Below are positions 1-10,915 of a stretch of DNA of 64,000 nucleotides, one piece after another. Both the position numbers and the translations under genes were made by a program. The notes under the pieces were generated by a model, which ran no database searches, had not been told where the DNA came from, and saw only the letters and a program-made list of their open reading frames with translations. How positions within the stretch are numbered: position 1 is the stretch's first letter; each line of letters starts with the position of its first letter. This stretch comes from Vulcanimicrobiota bacterium. Its GTDB lineage: Bacteria; Vulcanimicrobiota; Vulcanimicrobiia; Vulcanimicrobiales; Vulcanimicrobiaceae. The stretch is taken from positions 640,001-704,000 of the forward strand of contig CAVRQT010000003.1 of NCBI GenBank assembly GCA_963723515.1, in the 5' to 3' direction.

Positions 1-103
1 AAACATCCACCCCGGTGACCTAGGGCATGCTCGCATCGCAGCCGATATTGCTGGATGCGCTGCGGCACCGCCGAAAACCGGCGGCTTCTTGTCCGCCCTA
101 TTT

Positions 104-1171
104 CTAGCTCGTCTTCTCCGTCTGAAGCAACGCCTTCTTGCGTTCAACGCCCCACCGGTAATCCGCAACGTCTCCGTCCGCGCGAATCACGCGGTGACAA
201 GGAATCACCAGGGCGACTCTATTGCTTGCGCACGCCTTTGCGACGGCGCGCGATGCCCCGGGACGTCCAATGAACGCGGCCACTTCATTATATGAACGCG
301 TTTCTCCATACGGAATTTCCTGAAGCGCCTGCCAAACGGAAGATTGAAATGGCGTGCTGTCCAGGTCGAGAGGGACACGATCGCCGTGCGTGCCGCGAAG
401 TTGCCGTTGAACCGCTTTTTCGGCAGCGTCGAGATGGGATTTCGTTTCAGCATCTAGACGATCAGAATACTGAACAAGCGTGGCATTGGGATATTCCGCG
501 CGGAGATCCGCTTCAAGCCGTTTGGCATCGTCACCAAAGTAGATGGCGGCAACGCCGCGAGTGGTAGCCGCGAGCAACGCGAAACCAAGCGGCGTTTTCC
601 TCGCGCGGAACGCGATGACTTTGCCGGCGCCGCGTCGTCTGTATTGTCCGGGCGTCATTCCAAGAGCTCGTAGCGCGTCCGGATAGGCCGCCCGTTCGTC
701 GGGGTAACCCGCGTTGATCGATGCGCTTGCAACGCTTTCGTCTTTGCGAAGTCCCGCTTTTAAGCGTTCCGCGCGGCGTGTCGCGACGTACACGCGCGGC
801 GAAACGCCGACGTGCCGCTTAAACAGACGCTGCAGATAAAACGGACTTAGGGCAACGTATTTCGCGAGATCCGTCAACGTTACGCGCTCGCCAAGGCGGC
901 TTTCGAGTAAGTCGAGCGCCGAACGAACGATTCGTTCAGAATCTTGTCCGCTAACCGGACGGCACTTTGCGCACTCGCGAAATCCGCCATCGGTCGCGGC
1001 TTCGGGTGAAGCAAAGAAGAGCACGTTTTCTTTGCGGGGGCGACGCGCACTGCACGACGGTTTGCAGTAGACGCCCGTCGTCTTGACGCCGTACACAAAG
1101 GCCTGGTCGAACCGGTCGTCGCGCCGCACGACGGCGCTCCAACGGCGTCGATCCGAAAGCTGCTCGCTCAT
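104..1171 (-). CDS. ada: Bifunctional transcriptional activator / O6-methylguanine-DNA methyltransferase Ada
   Basis: Zn-binding N-domain (GVKTTGVYCKPSC..FRECAKC), AraC HTH and C-terminal PCHRV active site; start taken at the ATG of MSEQ. Confidence 0.93.
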   Translation of the reverse strand: MSEQLSDRRRWSAVVRRDDRFDQAFVYGVKTTGVYCKPSCSARRPRKENVLFFASPEAATDGGFRECAKCRPVSGQDSERIVRSALDLLESRLGERVTLTDLAKYVALSPFYLQRLFKRHVGVSPRVYVATRRAERLKAGLRKDESVASASINAGYPDERAAYPDALRALGMTPGQYRRRGAGKVIAFRARKTPLGFALLAATTRGVAAIYFGDDAKRLEADLRAEYPNATLVQYSDRLDAETKSHLDAAEKAVQRQLRGTHGDRVPLDLDSTPFQSSVWQALQEIPYGETRSYNEVAAFIGRPGASRAVAKACASNRVALVIPCHRVIRADGDVADYRWGVERKKALLQTEKTS

Positions 1172-1335
1172 ATGCGCGGACCCCATCCCGCAAACGTGGT
1201 CCTCAAGTCGCGCAAAGCGCAACGCTCGTTCGGGAATTCGGTACTCATTCGCCCAACGCTAGGCTGCATATCCGTCTTGATCATGCTCCTACTCTAGAGC
1301 GTTAGGAGCAGAGCGTCCATCCAAAAAGTTGCGCT

Positions 1336-1560
1336 CTAATTCGTTGGGCAAGGCTCCATGCCAAGGCTGGTCAGTTCGATGTCGCTGTAGCGAAAATTCG
1401 TTGATTCGAGTGGCCTGCGATCATCGTTCGAAACGCGATTTCGAATGTCAGCGAGCATCTGCTCCGCGTAACGCTTTTCGTATGGGCCGAGTTCGAGGGC
1501 GTCGCCCGCGAGCGTGCGGCCGACGATGATCCAGCGAGAATCGCTCCCGAGGTCTCTCAT
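1336..1560 (-). CDS. Small hypothetical protein (74 aa)
   Basis: ORF fills the intergenic gap with plausible composition; TGgTACTCT extended -10-like motif about 10 nt upstream. Confidence 0.5.
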   Translation of the reverse strand: MRDLGSDSRWIIVGRTLAGDALELGPYEKRYAEQMLADIRNRVSNDDRRPLESTNFRYSDIELTSLGMEPCPTN

Positions 1561-1676
1561 GGCTACGACCAGAGTACCACTCCCGCGCTACAGGAATCCC
1601 GGCAAAACCGTCTTATAATCGGCGACTTGGGCAGGCCCGCCACTAAAATCGCGGCGTAAAGGTTGGACAACCGGGA

Positions 1677-1758
1677 GGGCAAGTGGCGGAACTGGCAGAC
1701 GCGCTGGATTTAGGTTCCAGTGGGGTAACCCATCAGAGTTCGAGTCTCTGCTTGCCCA
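1677..1758 (+). tRNA. tRNA-Leu (anticodon TAG)
   Basis: Acceptor stem GGGCAAG/CTTGCCC, anticodon arm CTGGA-TTTAGGT-TCCAG, long variable arm, GTTCGAG T-loop; no encoded CCA. Confidence 0.95.
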
Positions 1759-1776
1759 TTGGCGCGCCGTCTCGAT

Positions 1777-1848
1777 GCGGAAGTAGCTCAGTGGTAGAGC
1801 ATCGCCTTGCCAAGGCGAGGGTCGCGAGTTCGAATCTCGTCTTCCGCT
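1777..1848 (+). tRNA. tRNA-Gly (anticodon GCC)
   Basis: Acceptor stem GCGGAAG/CTTCCGC, anticodon loop TTGCCAA, GTTCGAATC T-loop; no encoded CCA. Confidence 0.96.
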
Positions 1849-1850
1849 CA

Positions 1851-1962
1851 CTTCGCTTCTCCCCACAAATTGCAAAATTTGCGGGGGCCCCGTACAGTTT
1901 AACAGGCGCTCCGCTCGAGCAGCTTCGCTGCCCCCCGTGCGCAAAGCGCACGGGGCCCCCCA
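1851..1962 (+). repeat. Two REP-like hairpin units (CTTCGCT..CCCC-stem-loop-GGGGCCCC)
   Basis: 1851-1892 and 1923-1962 share the 5' CTTCGCT, C-run/G-run stem ends and GGCCCC tail but have different inner stems; related copy near 49140-49175. Confidence 0.55.
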
Positions 1963-1998
1963 ACCGTAACTAGTGGAATTTGCCTACCTCTATTTGAC

Positions 1999-3309
1999 AT
2001 GACATTAGCTGATGCGAAGTCGACCTTAACCAGGCTGGCGCCGACCGAGGTGCAGCTCGACATTCCGATATCCGCTGAAGAGCTCAGCTCCGCTGAAGAG
2101 CGCGCCTTTCGCACGTTGTCTCGCAATACGAAAATTCCGGGCTTTCGCCCCGGCAAAGTTCCGCGCAAGATCTTCGAGCAGCAGTATGGTGACGAGCTCA
2201 TTCACAATCGCGCGATCGAAGATGTCGTCCCGGAGGCGTATTCGAGAGCGGTGCGCGAGCACGAGTTGGCGCCGATCGACCGTCCCAAAGTCGAAGTGCT
2301 GCCGGCGGAAGATGACCGCCCGTTGCAGCTCAAGGTCAACGTCTCGGTGCGTCCGGATATCGACCTTCATCCTTACAGCGGTATCTCACTCGAGCGTTTG
2401 CCCGTCAACGTGACCGATGAGGAGGTCGACCGAAGCCTGCAATCGTTGGCGCGCGACCGCGGCACGCTCGTGCCGGTCGAGCGATCCGCGCGCATCGGCG
2501 ACTTCGTCGTCCTTGACTACCAAGGGAAGGTCGACGGCAAGCCCTTTGAAGGCGGAGAGGCCGAAGGCCAGACGATCGAGCTTTCGGAGGAACGGTTTGT
2601 GCCGGGGTTCGCCGCGGGGATCGCGGGTATGCGAGCGGGCGATTCCAAGGAAGTGCGCGCCGCATTTCCGGACGACTATCCGAAATCAGACCTCGCCGGC
2701 AAAGATGTCGTTTTCGACGTAACGCTCCATGAAGTTAAGGAAATGGAGTTGCCGGCGGTGGACGACGAGTTTGCAAAGACTGTCTCAACGCATGCGACGT
2801 TAGAGGCATTGAAGGGCGATATTCGTCAGCGCCTCGCGGCGATCGGAGAGAGCCGCGTTCGTAAACAACTCGAGCAGACGCTGATGCAAAAACTGATCGC
2901 CGAGCACGAGTTCTCGCTTCCGCAGAGTCTGGTCCAACGTGAAACGGAGAGTCTGCTCAGCGACGCACATGCGTTCGCGGAGCGGTTGGGGCTGAGCTGG
3001 GACGATTACCTCGCGCGAAGCGGCAACACCGAGGATCAGCTTCGCGCGGAAATGCATGAAGAGGCGCGGCGGCGCGTCAAGGGCGCCCTGCTGCTCGCTG
3101 CCATCGCCAAAACCGAAAACATTCGGGCAACGCCCGCAGACGTCCAGCGCGAGATCGTCGCACTCGCCGAACAGTACGGGCAACCGCCCCAGCGGATCCG
3201 GGAGGTGATGGGAAACAACCTCGCTTCGCTGATGGAAGGAATCGTTCGCAGCAAGACGATGGAGTGGCTCATCGAACACGCCAATATTCAAACGACCGAT
3301 GGAGCTTAA
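1999..3309 (+). CDS. tig: Trigger factor
   Basis: GFRPGKVP ribosome-binding signature, FKBP domain, tig-clpP-clpX synteny. Confidence 0.97.
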   Translation: MTLADAKSTLTRLAPTEVQLDIPISAEELSSAEERAFRTLSRNTKIPGFRPGKVPRKIFEQQYGDELIHNRAIEDVVPEAYSRAVREHELAPIDRPKVEVLPAEDDRPLQLKVNVSVRPDIDLHPYSGISLERLPVNVTDEEVDRSLQSLARDRGTLVPVERSARIGDFVVLDYQGKVDGKPFEGGEAEGQTIELSEERFVPGFAAGIAGMRAGDSKEVRAAFPDDYPKSDLAGKDVVFDVTLHEVKEMELPAVDDEFAKTVSTHATLEALKGDIRQRLAAIGESRVRKQLEQTLMQKLIAEHEFSLPQSLVQRETESLLSDAHAFAERLGLSWDDYLARSGNTEDQLRAEMHEEARRRVKGALLLAAIAKTENIRATPADVQREIVALAEQYGQPPQRIREVMGNNLASLMEGIVRSKTMEWLIEHANIQTTDGA

Positions 3310-3310
3310 G

Positions 3311-3928
3311 ATGGATCACCTCGTCCCGATGGTTGTCGAGCAGAGCGCGCGCGGTGAACGAGCCTTTGACATCTACTCGCGACTGCTGAAGGATCGCATC
3401 ATCTTCGTCGGTGGCCCGATGGACGACCATTTGGCGAACCTCGTCATCGCGCAGCTGCTCTTCCTCGAGCGCGAGGATCCCGACAAAGACATCGACATGT
3501 ACATCAATAGCCCTGGCGGCAGCGTGACGGCTGGGCTTGCGATCTACGACACCATGCGCTACATCAAGCCGGACGTGGCGACGATCTGCGCCGGCATGGC
3601 CGCGTCGATGGCGTCGATCATCTTGACCGGCGGGGCGAAGGGCAAGCGGTTTGCCCTGCCTTATGCGAAGATTCTGATCCATCAGCCGTGGGTGCAGCAA
3701 GTCGGGGGGCAGGCAACCGACATTGAGATTCACGCCCGAGACCTGATTGCCACCCGGCGCATGCTCGCGAGCATTTACGAGGAGACGACGCAGAAGCCGA
3801 TCGAGCAGATCCTCAAGGATATCGAGCGCGACTTCTACATGACTGCCCAGGAGGCGGCTGAATACGGTATTATAGATAGCGTGATTCGGAAAGACACGCG
3901 CGCGGTCGCCGCTCCGGTCAAGACCTAG
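3311..3928 (+). CDS. clpP: ATP-dependent Clp protease proteolytic subunit
   Basis: [24 protein letters not shown] and IHQP motifs; GGAG SD before the ATG at 3311. Confidence 0.97.
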   Translation: MDHLVPMVVEQSARGERAFDIYSRLLKDRIIFVGGPMDDHLANLVIAQLLFLEREDPDKDIDMYINSPGGSVTAGLAIYDTMRYIKPDVATICAGMAASMASIILTGGAKGKRFALPYAKILIHQPWVQQVGGQATDIEIHARDLIATRRMLASIYEETTQKPIEQILKDIERDFYMTAQEAAEYGIIDSVIRKDTRAVAAPVKT

Positions 3929-3948
3929 GGAAGCGAAGCGCCTTCTAA

Positions 3949-5208
3949 ATGTTTCGGTTTGGCGACGAAAAAGGGCAATTGAAGTGCAGCTTCTGCGGCA
4001 AATCGCAGGAGCAAGTGCGCAAGTTGATCGCCGGTCCCGGCGTCTACATTTGCGACGAATGCATCGAGCTCTGTAATGAAATCATCGAAGAAGAGCTCTA
4101 CAAGAACGTTGACGAGAATCTCCGTCTGCGCAACATTCCGAAGCCCAAAGAAATCAATCACATCCTCAATCAGTATGTGATCGGTCAAGAGCGAGCCAAG
4201 AAGTCACTCGCCGTCGCGGTTTACAATCACTACAAGCGCATCAACATGGGCGGCTCCGCCGACGACGTCGAGCTGCAAAAGTCGAACATCTTGCTGGTCG
4301 GGCCGACGGGTTCCGGTAAAACCTATCTGGCTCAGACGCTCGCCAAGATCTTAGACGTGCCACTCGCGATGGCCGACGCAACGTCATTGACCGAAGCCGG
4401 TTACGTCGGTGAAGATGTCGAGAACATTCTGCTCAAGCTGATTCAGGCTGCAGACTACGACGTCAAGCGCGCGGAGAAGGGCATCGTCTACATCGATGAA
4501 ATCGACAAAATCGCGCGCAAGAGCGAGAATCCGTCGATTACGCGCGACGTTTCCGGTGAAGGCGTCCAACAAGCGCTCCTCAAGATCCTAGAAGGTACGA
4601 CTGCCAACGTTCCACCTCAAGGCGGTCGCAAGCATCCGCATCAAGAGTTCATCCAAATCGATACGACCAACGTGTTGTTCATCTGCGGCGGCGCATTCGA
4701 CGGTCTCGACCGAATGATTGAATCGCGCGTTGCCAACAACAGCATGGGCTTCCGCGCTCAACCGGAAAGCAAACGGGAGTTTCGCGTCGGCCGATTGCTC
4801 GAGCAGCTGATGCCGGAAGATCTGCTGAAGTTCGGTTTGATTCCGGAATTCATTGGGCGACTGCCGATCGTGGTGACGCTCGATGCGCTCGATGAGCTCG
4901 CCTTGCGGCGCATTTTGGTCGAACCGCGCAACGCGCTCGTCCGTCAATTCCAAAAGATCATGGGAATGGACGGCGTGGAGTTGACCTTCACGAAGGAAGC
5001 GCTCGTCGCGATCGCCATTAAAGCGCAGAGCCGCAAGACCGGCGCGCGCGGCCTTCGCTCGATTCTCGAAGAAGTGATGCTCGACGTCATGTACGATTTG
5101 CCGTCGCTGAGCGGCGTGAAGAAGTGCGTGGTGAATAAGGAAGTCATCGAAAAACGCGAGCAGCCCACGCTGATCTACGCTGAACGTCAGAAGGACATGC
5201 CCGCCTAA
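3949..5208 (+). CDS. clpX: ATP-dependent Clp protease ATPase subunit ClpX
   Basis: CSFCGK zinc finger, GPTGSGKT Walker [15 protein letters not shown]. Confidence 0.98.
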   Translation: MFRFGDEKGQLKCSFCGKSQEQVRKLIAGPGVYICDECIELCNEIIEEELYKNVDENLRLRNIPKPKEINHILNQYVIGQERAKKSLAVAVYNHYKRINMGGSADDVELQKSNILLVGPTGSGKTYLAQTLAKILDVPLAMADATSLTEAGYVGEDVENILLKLIQAADYDVKRAEKGIVYIDEIDKIARKSENPSITRDVSGEGVQQALLKILEGTTANVPPQGGRKHPHQEFIQIDTTNVLFICGGAFDGLDRMIESRVANNSMGFRAQPESKREFRVGRLLEQLMPEDLLKFGLIPEFIGRLPIVVTLDALDELALRRILVEPRNALVRQFQKIMGMDGVELTFTKEALVAIAIKAQSRKTGARGLRSILEEVMLDVMYDLPSLSGVKKCVVNKEVIEKREQPTLIYAERQKDMPA

Positions 5209-5210
5209 CC

Positions 5211-5627
5211 GTGCGCGCGTTCGGCATCGCTTGGTGTCTGTGCGGACTCCTCTGTGCACACGCCGGCGTTGCGCTCGCCAAACCACCCGCTCCGCCTGCG
5301 ATTACGATGGTGTTCGGCGACATTCCGGTAGCGCCGGGCAGCTTTCCCGATTACCGGCCGCGTCAATTCGCGCTTCGTGGAACGTTGCAAGTCAAGCCGC
5401 AAGCGTTCAACTTCGCAAGCTACACGAATGCAAACGCGATGCTTGCGTGGTACCGCCGGCAGATGCCGGCCCACGGCTGGCACGTCCAGTCAATGCACGC
5501 AAACTACCCGTATCCCGGTGCAAACTCGCTGATTAGCTCGCGTCGCGGCGAGGCCGCGACAATCGTGGTCGAGCCGGCGCGCTTCGGTTCTCGCGTCAGC
5601 ATCATCAAACTGAATACGGCGAAATAG
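5211..5627 (+). CDS. Hypothetical secreted protein
   Basis: N-terminal signal peptide ending in ALA; tight spacing between clpX and valS. Confidence 0.7.
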   Translation: MRAFGIAWCLCGLLCAHAGVALAKPPAPPAITMVFGDIPVAPGSFPDYRPRQFALRGTLQVKPQAFNFASYTNANAMLAWYRRQMPAHGWHVQSMHANYPYPGANSLISSRRGEAATIVVEPARFGSRVSIIKLNTAK

Positions 5628-5630
5628 CGT

Positions 5631-8239
5631 ATCGCTAGCGAAGTCTCTAAAGCGTACGACCCGAAGGCCGTCGAGCAGCGTTTGTACGAGCGGTGGGAGA
5701 AGGCCGGCTACTTTCACGCGGAGCCGGACCCCGCGCGGCCGCCATACATCATCTGCATGCCGCCACCGAATGTCACGGCGCGCGCTCACTTAGGACACGG
5801 TTCGACCTACACGCCGATGGATGTGCTCGTGCGCTACCATCGTATGCTTGGCGAATTGCGCCGATTGGCTTCCCGGAACCGATCACGCGGCGATCGCGAC
5901 GGAAGCCGTGCTCGTGCGTCAATTGGCGGAGCAAGGGCTCTCGCGCGAGTCTCTGGGACGCGAAGAGTATCTTCGGCGCGCCTGGCAGTGGTCGGTTGAA
6001 ACAGGGGCCTCGATCGAGCAGCAATTCCGGCGGCTCGGATTCGGTCCCGATTGGGCGCGCTCGCGCTTTACCATGGATGCGTCGCTCGCAGCCGCTGTCA
6101 CAAAAGTTTTTGTAACACTGTATCGCGACGGGCTGATCTATCGCGATAAGCGATTGATCAACTGGGATCCCGCCGCGCAAACGACGGTGTCGGACGCCGA
6201 AGTAGAACACGTCGAACGGAGCACGAGCCTGTGGACCGTTCGCTATCCATTCGCAGACGGTTCATCGGGCGGCGCCGATATTGCGACCACGCGCCCCGAG
6301 ACGATTCTCGCCGACGTTGCGCTCGCCGTGCATCCTGAAGATCGGCGCTTTGCATCACTCATCGGCAGGCGGGTCCGCGTGCCGCCGATGCTCGAACGCG
6401 ATATTCCAATTATCGCGGATGCGGCGGTCGATCCGGCATTCGGCACCGGCATCGTGAAAGTTACTCCGGCACATGACCAAACCGATTACGAAATCGGCCT
6501 CCGGCATCATTTGCCGATGCCCTCAGTCATCGGCCTCGATGCACGAATCAGAAGCGACGACCTGCCCGTCGGCAGATACGGCGGGATGGATCGCTTCGCG
6601 GTGCGACAAGCGATCGTCGAAGATCTTGAGAAGCTCGCGCTGATCGTTCGGATCGAGCCGTACGTGCATAACGTCGCAACGAGCGAGCGCTCCGGCGAGA
6701 TGATCGAGCCGCTGCTCTCGCTGCAGTGGTTCTGCAAGATGAAGCCGCTTGCGGAACCGGCGTTACAGGCGTATCGCGATGGGCGGCTGCGTTTCATCCC
6801 ATCGAGATATGGCCGCACCTACGAGCAATGGCTTGAGAACATCCGCGATTGGAATGTCTCGCGGCAGATTTGGTGGGGCCATCAACTTCCGGTCTGGTAC
6901 ACGCCGGACGATCGAGTCGTCGTTGCCGAGACGGAAGAAGAGGCGCACGAAATCGCGCGCCGGGAGTTCGGCACGACAGATCTTCGCCGCGATGCCGATA
7001 CGCTCGATACCTGGTTCTCGAGCGCGCTGTGGCCGTTTTCGATTCTCGGCTGGCCGAAGCAAACGCCGGAACTTGCGCAGTGGTACCCGTCGCAAGTCCT
7101 GATTACCGGCTGGGAGATCATCTTTCTTTGGGTTGCAAGGATGGTAATGCTGGGCCTACGGTTCATGGGAGAAGTCCCGTTTCCCGACGCATTTATCACG
7201 CCGCTCGTCTTCGATGCCCGGGGGCGCAAAATGAGCAAATCGCTCGGCAACGCGATCGATCCCCTGGACATCGTCGAGAAGTACGGCGCGGATGCGTTTC
7301 GCATGGGAATGATGCGGCAGATGCGGCTCGAGGGCCAAGAGCTGCGATTTCAGGAGAAACGTTGCGAAGAGGCGCGCAACTTTAACAACAAGATTTGGAA
7401 CGCGACCCGATACGCATTGAGCATACCGGAGGGTTTGCCGGCGCCATTGGCCTTGCCGCCGGCGAATCAGTTATCGCTGGCCGACAAGTGGATTTTGTCT
7501 CGGCTGCACGATGCGGTCGGAACGGTTACAGAAGCCCTGAACGGCTACGATTTCGGCACCGTAGCGGAGACGTTGTGGCGCTTCATCTGGTACGACATGT
7601 GCGATTGGTACGTCGAAGCGGCGAAGCTGCCGGCGCAGCTCGCGCGCGGCGGTGCTCTCTTTTGTGTTAAATACGGCGATGCGGTTATTGCATCCGATCG
7701 AGCCATTCATCTCCGAAGAAGTGTGGCTCTCTCTCCCGCATGACGGCGAGAGCATCATGACGGCGTCGTGGCCGGATAAAGCCGAGATTCCAAGTGACCC
7801 CCAAGCGGCAATGCAGTTTGAAAGCATGCAGCGGGTGGTCGAGCGTCTGCGAAACATGCGTGCCGAGATGGGCCTCCAGCCGAGCGCCCGCCTCAGCGTC
7901 CAGATGCCGCGAACAGTGCCGAAAGAAATCGCGGACTTACTTCTATGGTACGTCCGAGGCGATGCAGAACCGATCGATGGGCCCTCAGCGACGATCGAGG
8001 AAGCATTGGACGCGGTTCGTGCGCAGGCACCGCGTGACGTGCTTCTCGAGCGTTACCGCAAGGAGGCGGCGCACTTGGAAAGCGAGATCGAACGCGTGCG
8101 GCGGAAATTGAGCGACCGGCAGTTCGTCGGCAAAGCGCCGGCAGCGGTCGTCGAGCGCGAACGCGAGAAGCTCGCTCGATTTGAAGCGGAACTCGCGCGC
8201 AGACGCGCCGGACTTGAAGAGCTGGGGGAGATCGCCTGA
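5631..8239 (+). CDS. valS: Valyl-tRNA synthetase (two apparent frameshifts near 5856 and 7640; start apparently ATC)
   Basis: KAYDPK..PPPNVT..HLGH in one frame, PGTDHA..ISRQ-like..KMSKS in the next, LHPIEPFISEE plus coiled-coil tail in the third. Confidence 0.93.
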
Positions 8240-8241
8240 CG

Positions 8242-8785
8242 ATGCGCACCGCTACGGGAGAAGACAACGCTCATCGGCAGCGCTGAAATCGAGCGGATCA
8301 TCGCGCGGTTAGCGCATCAGATCGTCGAGCCGCAAGATGCGCAACGAGGCCTCTTCTTGATGGGCGTTCGCCGCGGAGGCGAAGCGCTCGCGATGCGCCT
8401 TGCGGAGAAGATAAAAACAATGAGCGGAGCGCAGCCGCCGCTGGGTTTTCTCAACATTAACCTTTACCGCGATGATGACGTTTCTCATGAAATGCCTGAC
8501 TCGGTCATTCCGTCCGACGTGAATGGAAGGACCGTCGTGCTTGTGGATGACGTCCTCTACACCGGTCGCACGGTTCGTTCAGCGCTCGATGCCGTCACCG
8601 ACCTCGGACGTCCCGGCGCGATTCGTTTATGCGTGCTGATCGATCGCGGATTGCGCGAACTGCCGATCCAGGCCGACTATGCGGGACGCACGATCGCAAC
8701 GACTCCGGAGCAACGCGTCGTTGTTACGCTAGCGCGAACTCCGGATCAATCCGATGAGGTAAGCATTCTTGCGAGCGCGCCGTAG
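8242..8785 (+). CDS. pyrR: Pyrimidine regulator / uracil phosphoribosyltransferase PyrR (5' end needs one indel near 8256-8258 or a non-canonical start)
   Basis: IARLAHQI upstream of the called ORF; LYRDD, VVLVDDVLYTGRTVRSALD, DRGLRELPIQAD. Confidence 0.9.
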
Positions 8786-9689
8786 CCTCATCGATCTCGA
8801 TGATCTCACGCCGGCGGAGATCGAGTACCTTTTTAAACGGACGCAGCAATTCGAGCAGAAGCTTCCCAAGCGCGGATTGCTCGATGAGATCGCATGCGTC
8901 AACATGTTTTTCGAGCAGAGCACGCGCACGCTGGCCTCATTCATGCTGGCACAGCAGCGCCTAGGTGCAGACATCATCACCCTCGATCCGAGCGACACGA
9001 GCCTCGGCAAAGGCGAGCGCCTCGAAGACGCGGCGATCACGCTCAATGCAATGGGGTTTTCGGTAATGGTGATCCGCCACTCGGAGCCTGGTTTTCCGCG
9101 CCAAATTGCGATGGCGTTTGACGGGCATGTTGTCAACGCCGGTGATGGCGCGCACGCCCACCCGACGCAGGCACTGCTGGACCTGTACACGATGTGCAAA
9201 GAGTTCGGCCAGCTCAAAGGGCGCAAGGTCGCAATCGTCGGCGACATCCTGCACAGCCGCGTAGCGCATTCGAACATTCAAGGCCTGAAGAACTTAGGCG
9301 CCCAGATCGTCCTCGTCGGGCCGGAATCATTCTTACCGGAATCGTTTGCCTCGGAGAGCATTCACGTCGAGCGCGACTTCGATAAGGTCTTGCCGGAAGT
9401 TGATGCGATCATGCTGCTGCGCATTCAGCGCGAACGTTTTGCCGTGACGCCGACGCTGATCTCTGATGAGGACTTTATCCGCGGCTACCGTCTCGATGCG
9501 AACCGCCTGACGCGCCTGAAGGAAGATGCAATCGTCATGCACCCCGGACCGTACAATCGCGGCATCGAGCTCGTCGATGAAGTGCTCGCATACGCCGGAT
9601 GGCGATACGCGAATCAGGTTCGCCATGGCGTCTTCATGCGGATGGCGGTCCTCGACTTCTTGGTCAACGGTCAGCAAAAGAGCGCCTGA
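8769..9689 (+). CDS. pyrB: Aspartate carbamoyltransferase catalytic subunit
   Basis: FFEQSTRT, NAGDG..HPTQALLD, GDILHSRV, HPGP. Confidence 0.96.
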   Translation: MRARRSLIDLDDLTPAEIEYLFKRTQQFEQKLPKRGLLDEIACVNMFFEQSTRTLASFMLAQQRLGADIITLDPSDTSLGKGERLEDAAITLNAMGFSVMVIRHSEPGFPRQIAMAFDGHVVNAGDGAHAHPTQALLDLYTMCKEFGQLKGRKVAIVGDILHSRVAHSNIQGLKNLGAQIVLVGPESFLPESFASESIHVERDFDKVLPEVDAIMLLRIQRERFAVTPTLISDEDFIRGYRLDANRLTRLKEDAIVMHPGPYNRGIELVDEVLAYAGWRYANQVRHGVFMRMAVLDFLVNGQQKSA

Positions 9690-10915
9690 TGCTCGTCTCC
9701 GGCGGCAGAGTGATCGATCCGGCGCAAGAGTTGGATCGCCGGCTTGACGTGCGCGTTGAGAACGAGAAGATCGTTGAATTAGGAGAGCATTTGACGCCGT
9801 CGGAAGATGAGGTCGTCTTCGACGCAAGCGGCGCGTATGTTGCGCCGGGATTCATCGACATGCACGTGCATTTGCGTGAGCCCGGCTTTCCGGAAAAGGA
9901 GACGATCGCGACCGGTTGCGCAGCGGCGGTCGCCGGTGGATTTACGGCGGTTGCGTGCATGCCGAACACGCAGCCCGCGATCGATGAGAAGGCAGTTCTG
10001 AAGAAGGTTCTAGATGCGGCAAAAGGGGCGGCCTTGGCGCGCGTCTACCCGATCGCCGCGATAACCCGCGGCAGAGCGGGACGCGAACTTCTGGATTATG
10101 CCGCTCTAGCGGCCGCTGACGCCGTCGCCTTCAGCGACGACGGCCAAGCTGTGGACGATGGGGGAATTCTTTTTGAGGCGGCCGTTCGTGCGCGCGATGT
10201 GGCACACCCATTCATCTCACATTGCGAAGATGAACGATTGAAGCGCCTGGGGGCTTCGGCCGCCGAAGACGTTGTCGTCGCGCGAGACCTCATCATCGCG
10301 CAAGCAACACGCAAGGCGTGGCATATCGCCCATCTCTCGACGACCGAATCGCTTGCGTTGCTGAGGTGGGCACGCAGTCGCGGAAATGCGGCAACCTGCG
10401 AAGTGACTCCGCACCACCTCTGCTTTACCGACGACCTGATTGCGCAATGGAACGGCAAAGCGAACGTCAATCCGCCGCTTCGGCGGGAAAGCGATGCGGC
10501 GGCGTTGCGTGAGGGCGTGCGCGATGGAACGGTTGATGCATTCGCGAGCGACCACGCCCCGCATGAGTCGCGCGAAAAGACGCGCTCCGTGGATCGCGCG
10601 GCGCCTGGATTCAGCGGGCTGGAAGTTGCGGCGGGTGCCTATGCGCTCGCCGTGCCCGACCTTTCGCTCATGCGCTACGTCGCATTGCTCTCGACGAATC
10701 CCGCGCGCATTCTCAACGTCGGCGGGGGATCGCTGCGATTGGGAGTGCCGGCGGACATGACGATTTTTGCGGATCGGCCGTGGACTGTCGATACGGCGCA
10801 CTTCTATTCTAAAGGAAGATGCACGCCGTTCGAGGGCAAGCGGCTACCGCGAAAAGCGATCGCGACGATCGTCGGCGGCCGGATTGTGATGGCCGATGGG
10901 AAGGTGAAAAGCTGA
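9689..10915 (+). CDS. pyrC: Dihydroorotase
   Basis: PGFIDMHVHLREPG, MPNT, CEVTPHHL, VNPPLR, SDHAPH; TGATG overlap with pyrB. Confidence 0.95.
   Translation: MLVSGGRVIDPAQELDRRLDVRVENEKIVELGEHLTPSEDEVVFDASGAYVAPGFIDMHVHLREPGFPEKETIATGCAAAVAGGFTAVACMPNTQPAIDEKAVLKKVLDAAKGAALARVYPIAAITRGRAGRELLDYAALAAADAVAFSDDGQAVDDGGILFEAAVRARDVAHPFISHCEDERLKRLGASAAEDVVVARDLIIAQATRKAWHIAHLSTTESLALLRWARSRGNAATCEVTPHHLCFTDDLIAQWNGKANVNPPLRRESDAAALREGVRDGTVDAFASDHAPHESREKTRSVDRAAPGFSGLEVAAGAYALAVPDLSLMRYVALLSTNPARILNVGGGSLRLGVPADMTIFADRPWTVDTAHFYSKGRCTPFEGKRLPRKAIATIVGGRIVMADGKVKS

Noticed and set aside
1677..1848. tRNA-anchored genomic island or prophage
   Set aside because: No integrase next to the tRNAs, no duplicated tRNA 3' end seen, and the flanks are housekeeping genes
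1588..1973. ORFs overlapping the tRNA-Leu/tRNA-Gly region
   Set aside because: Shadow ORFs of the tRNA genes
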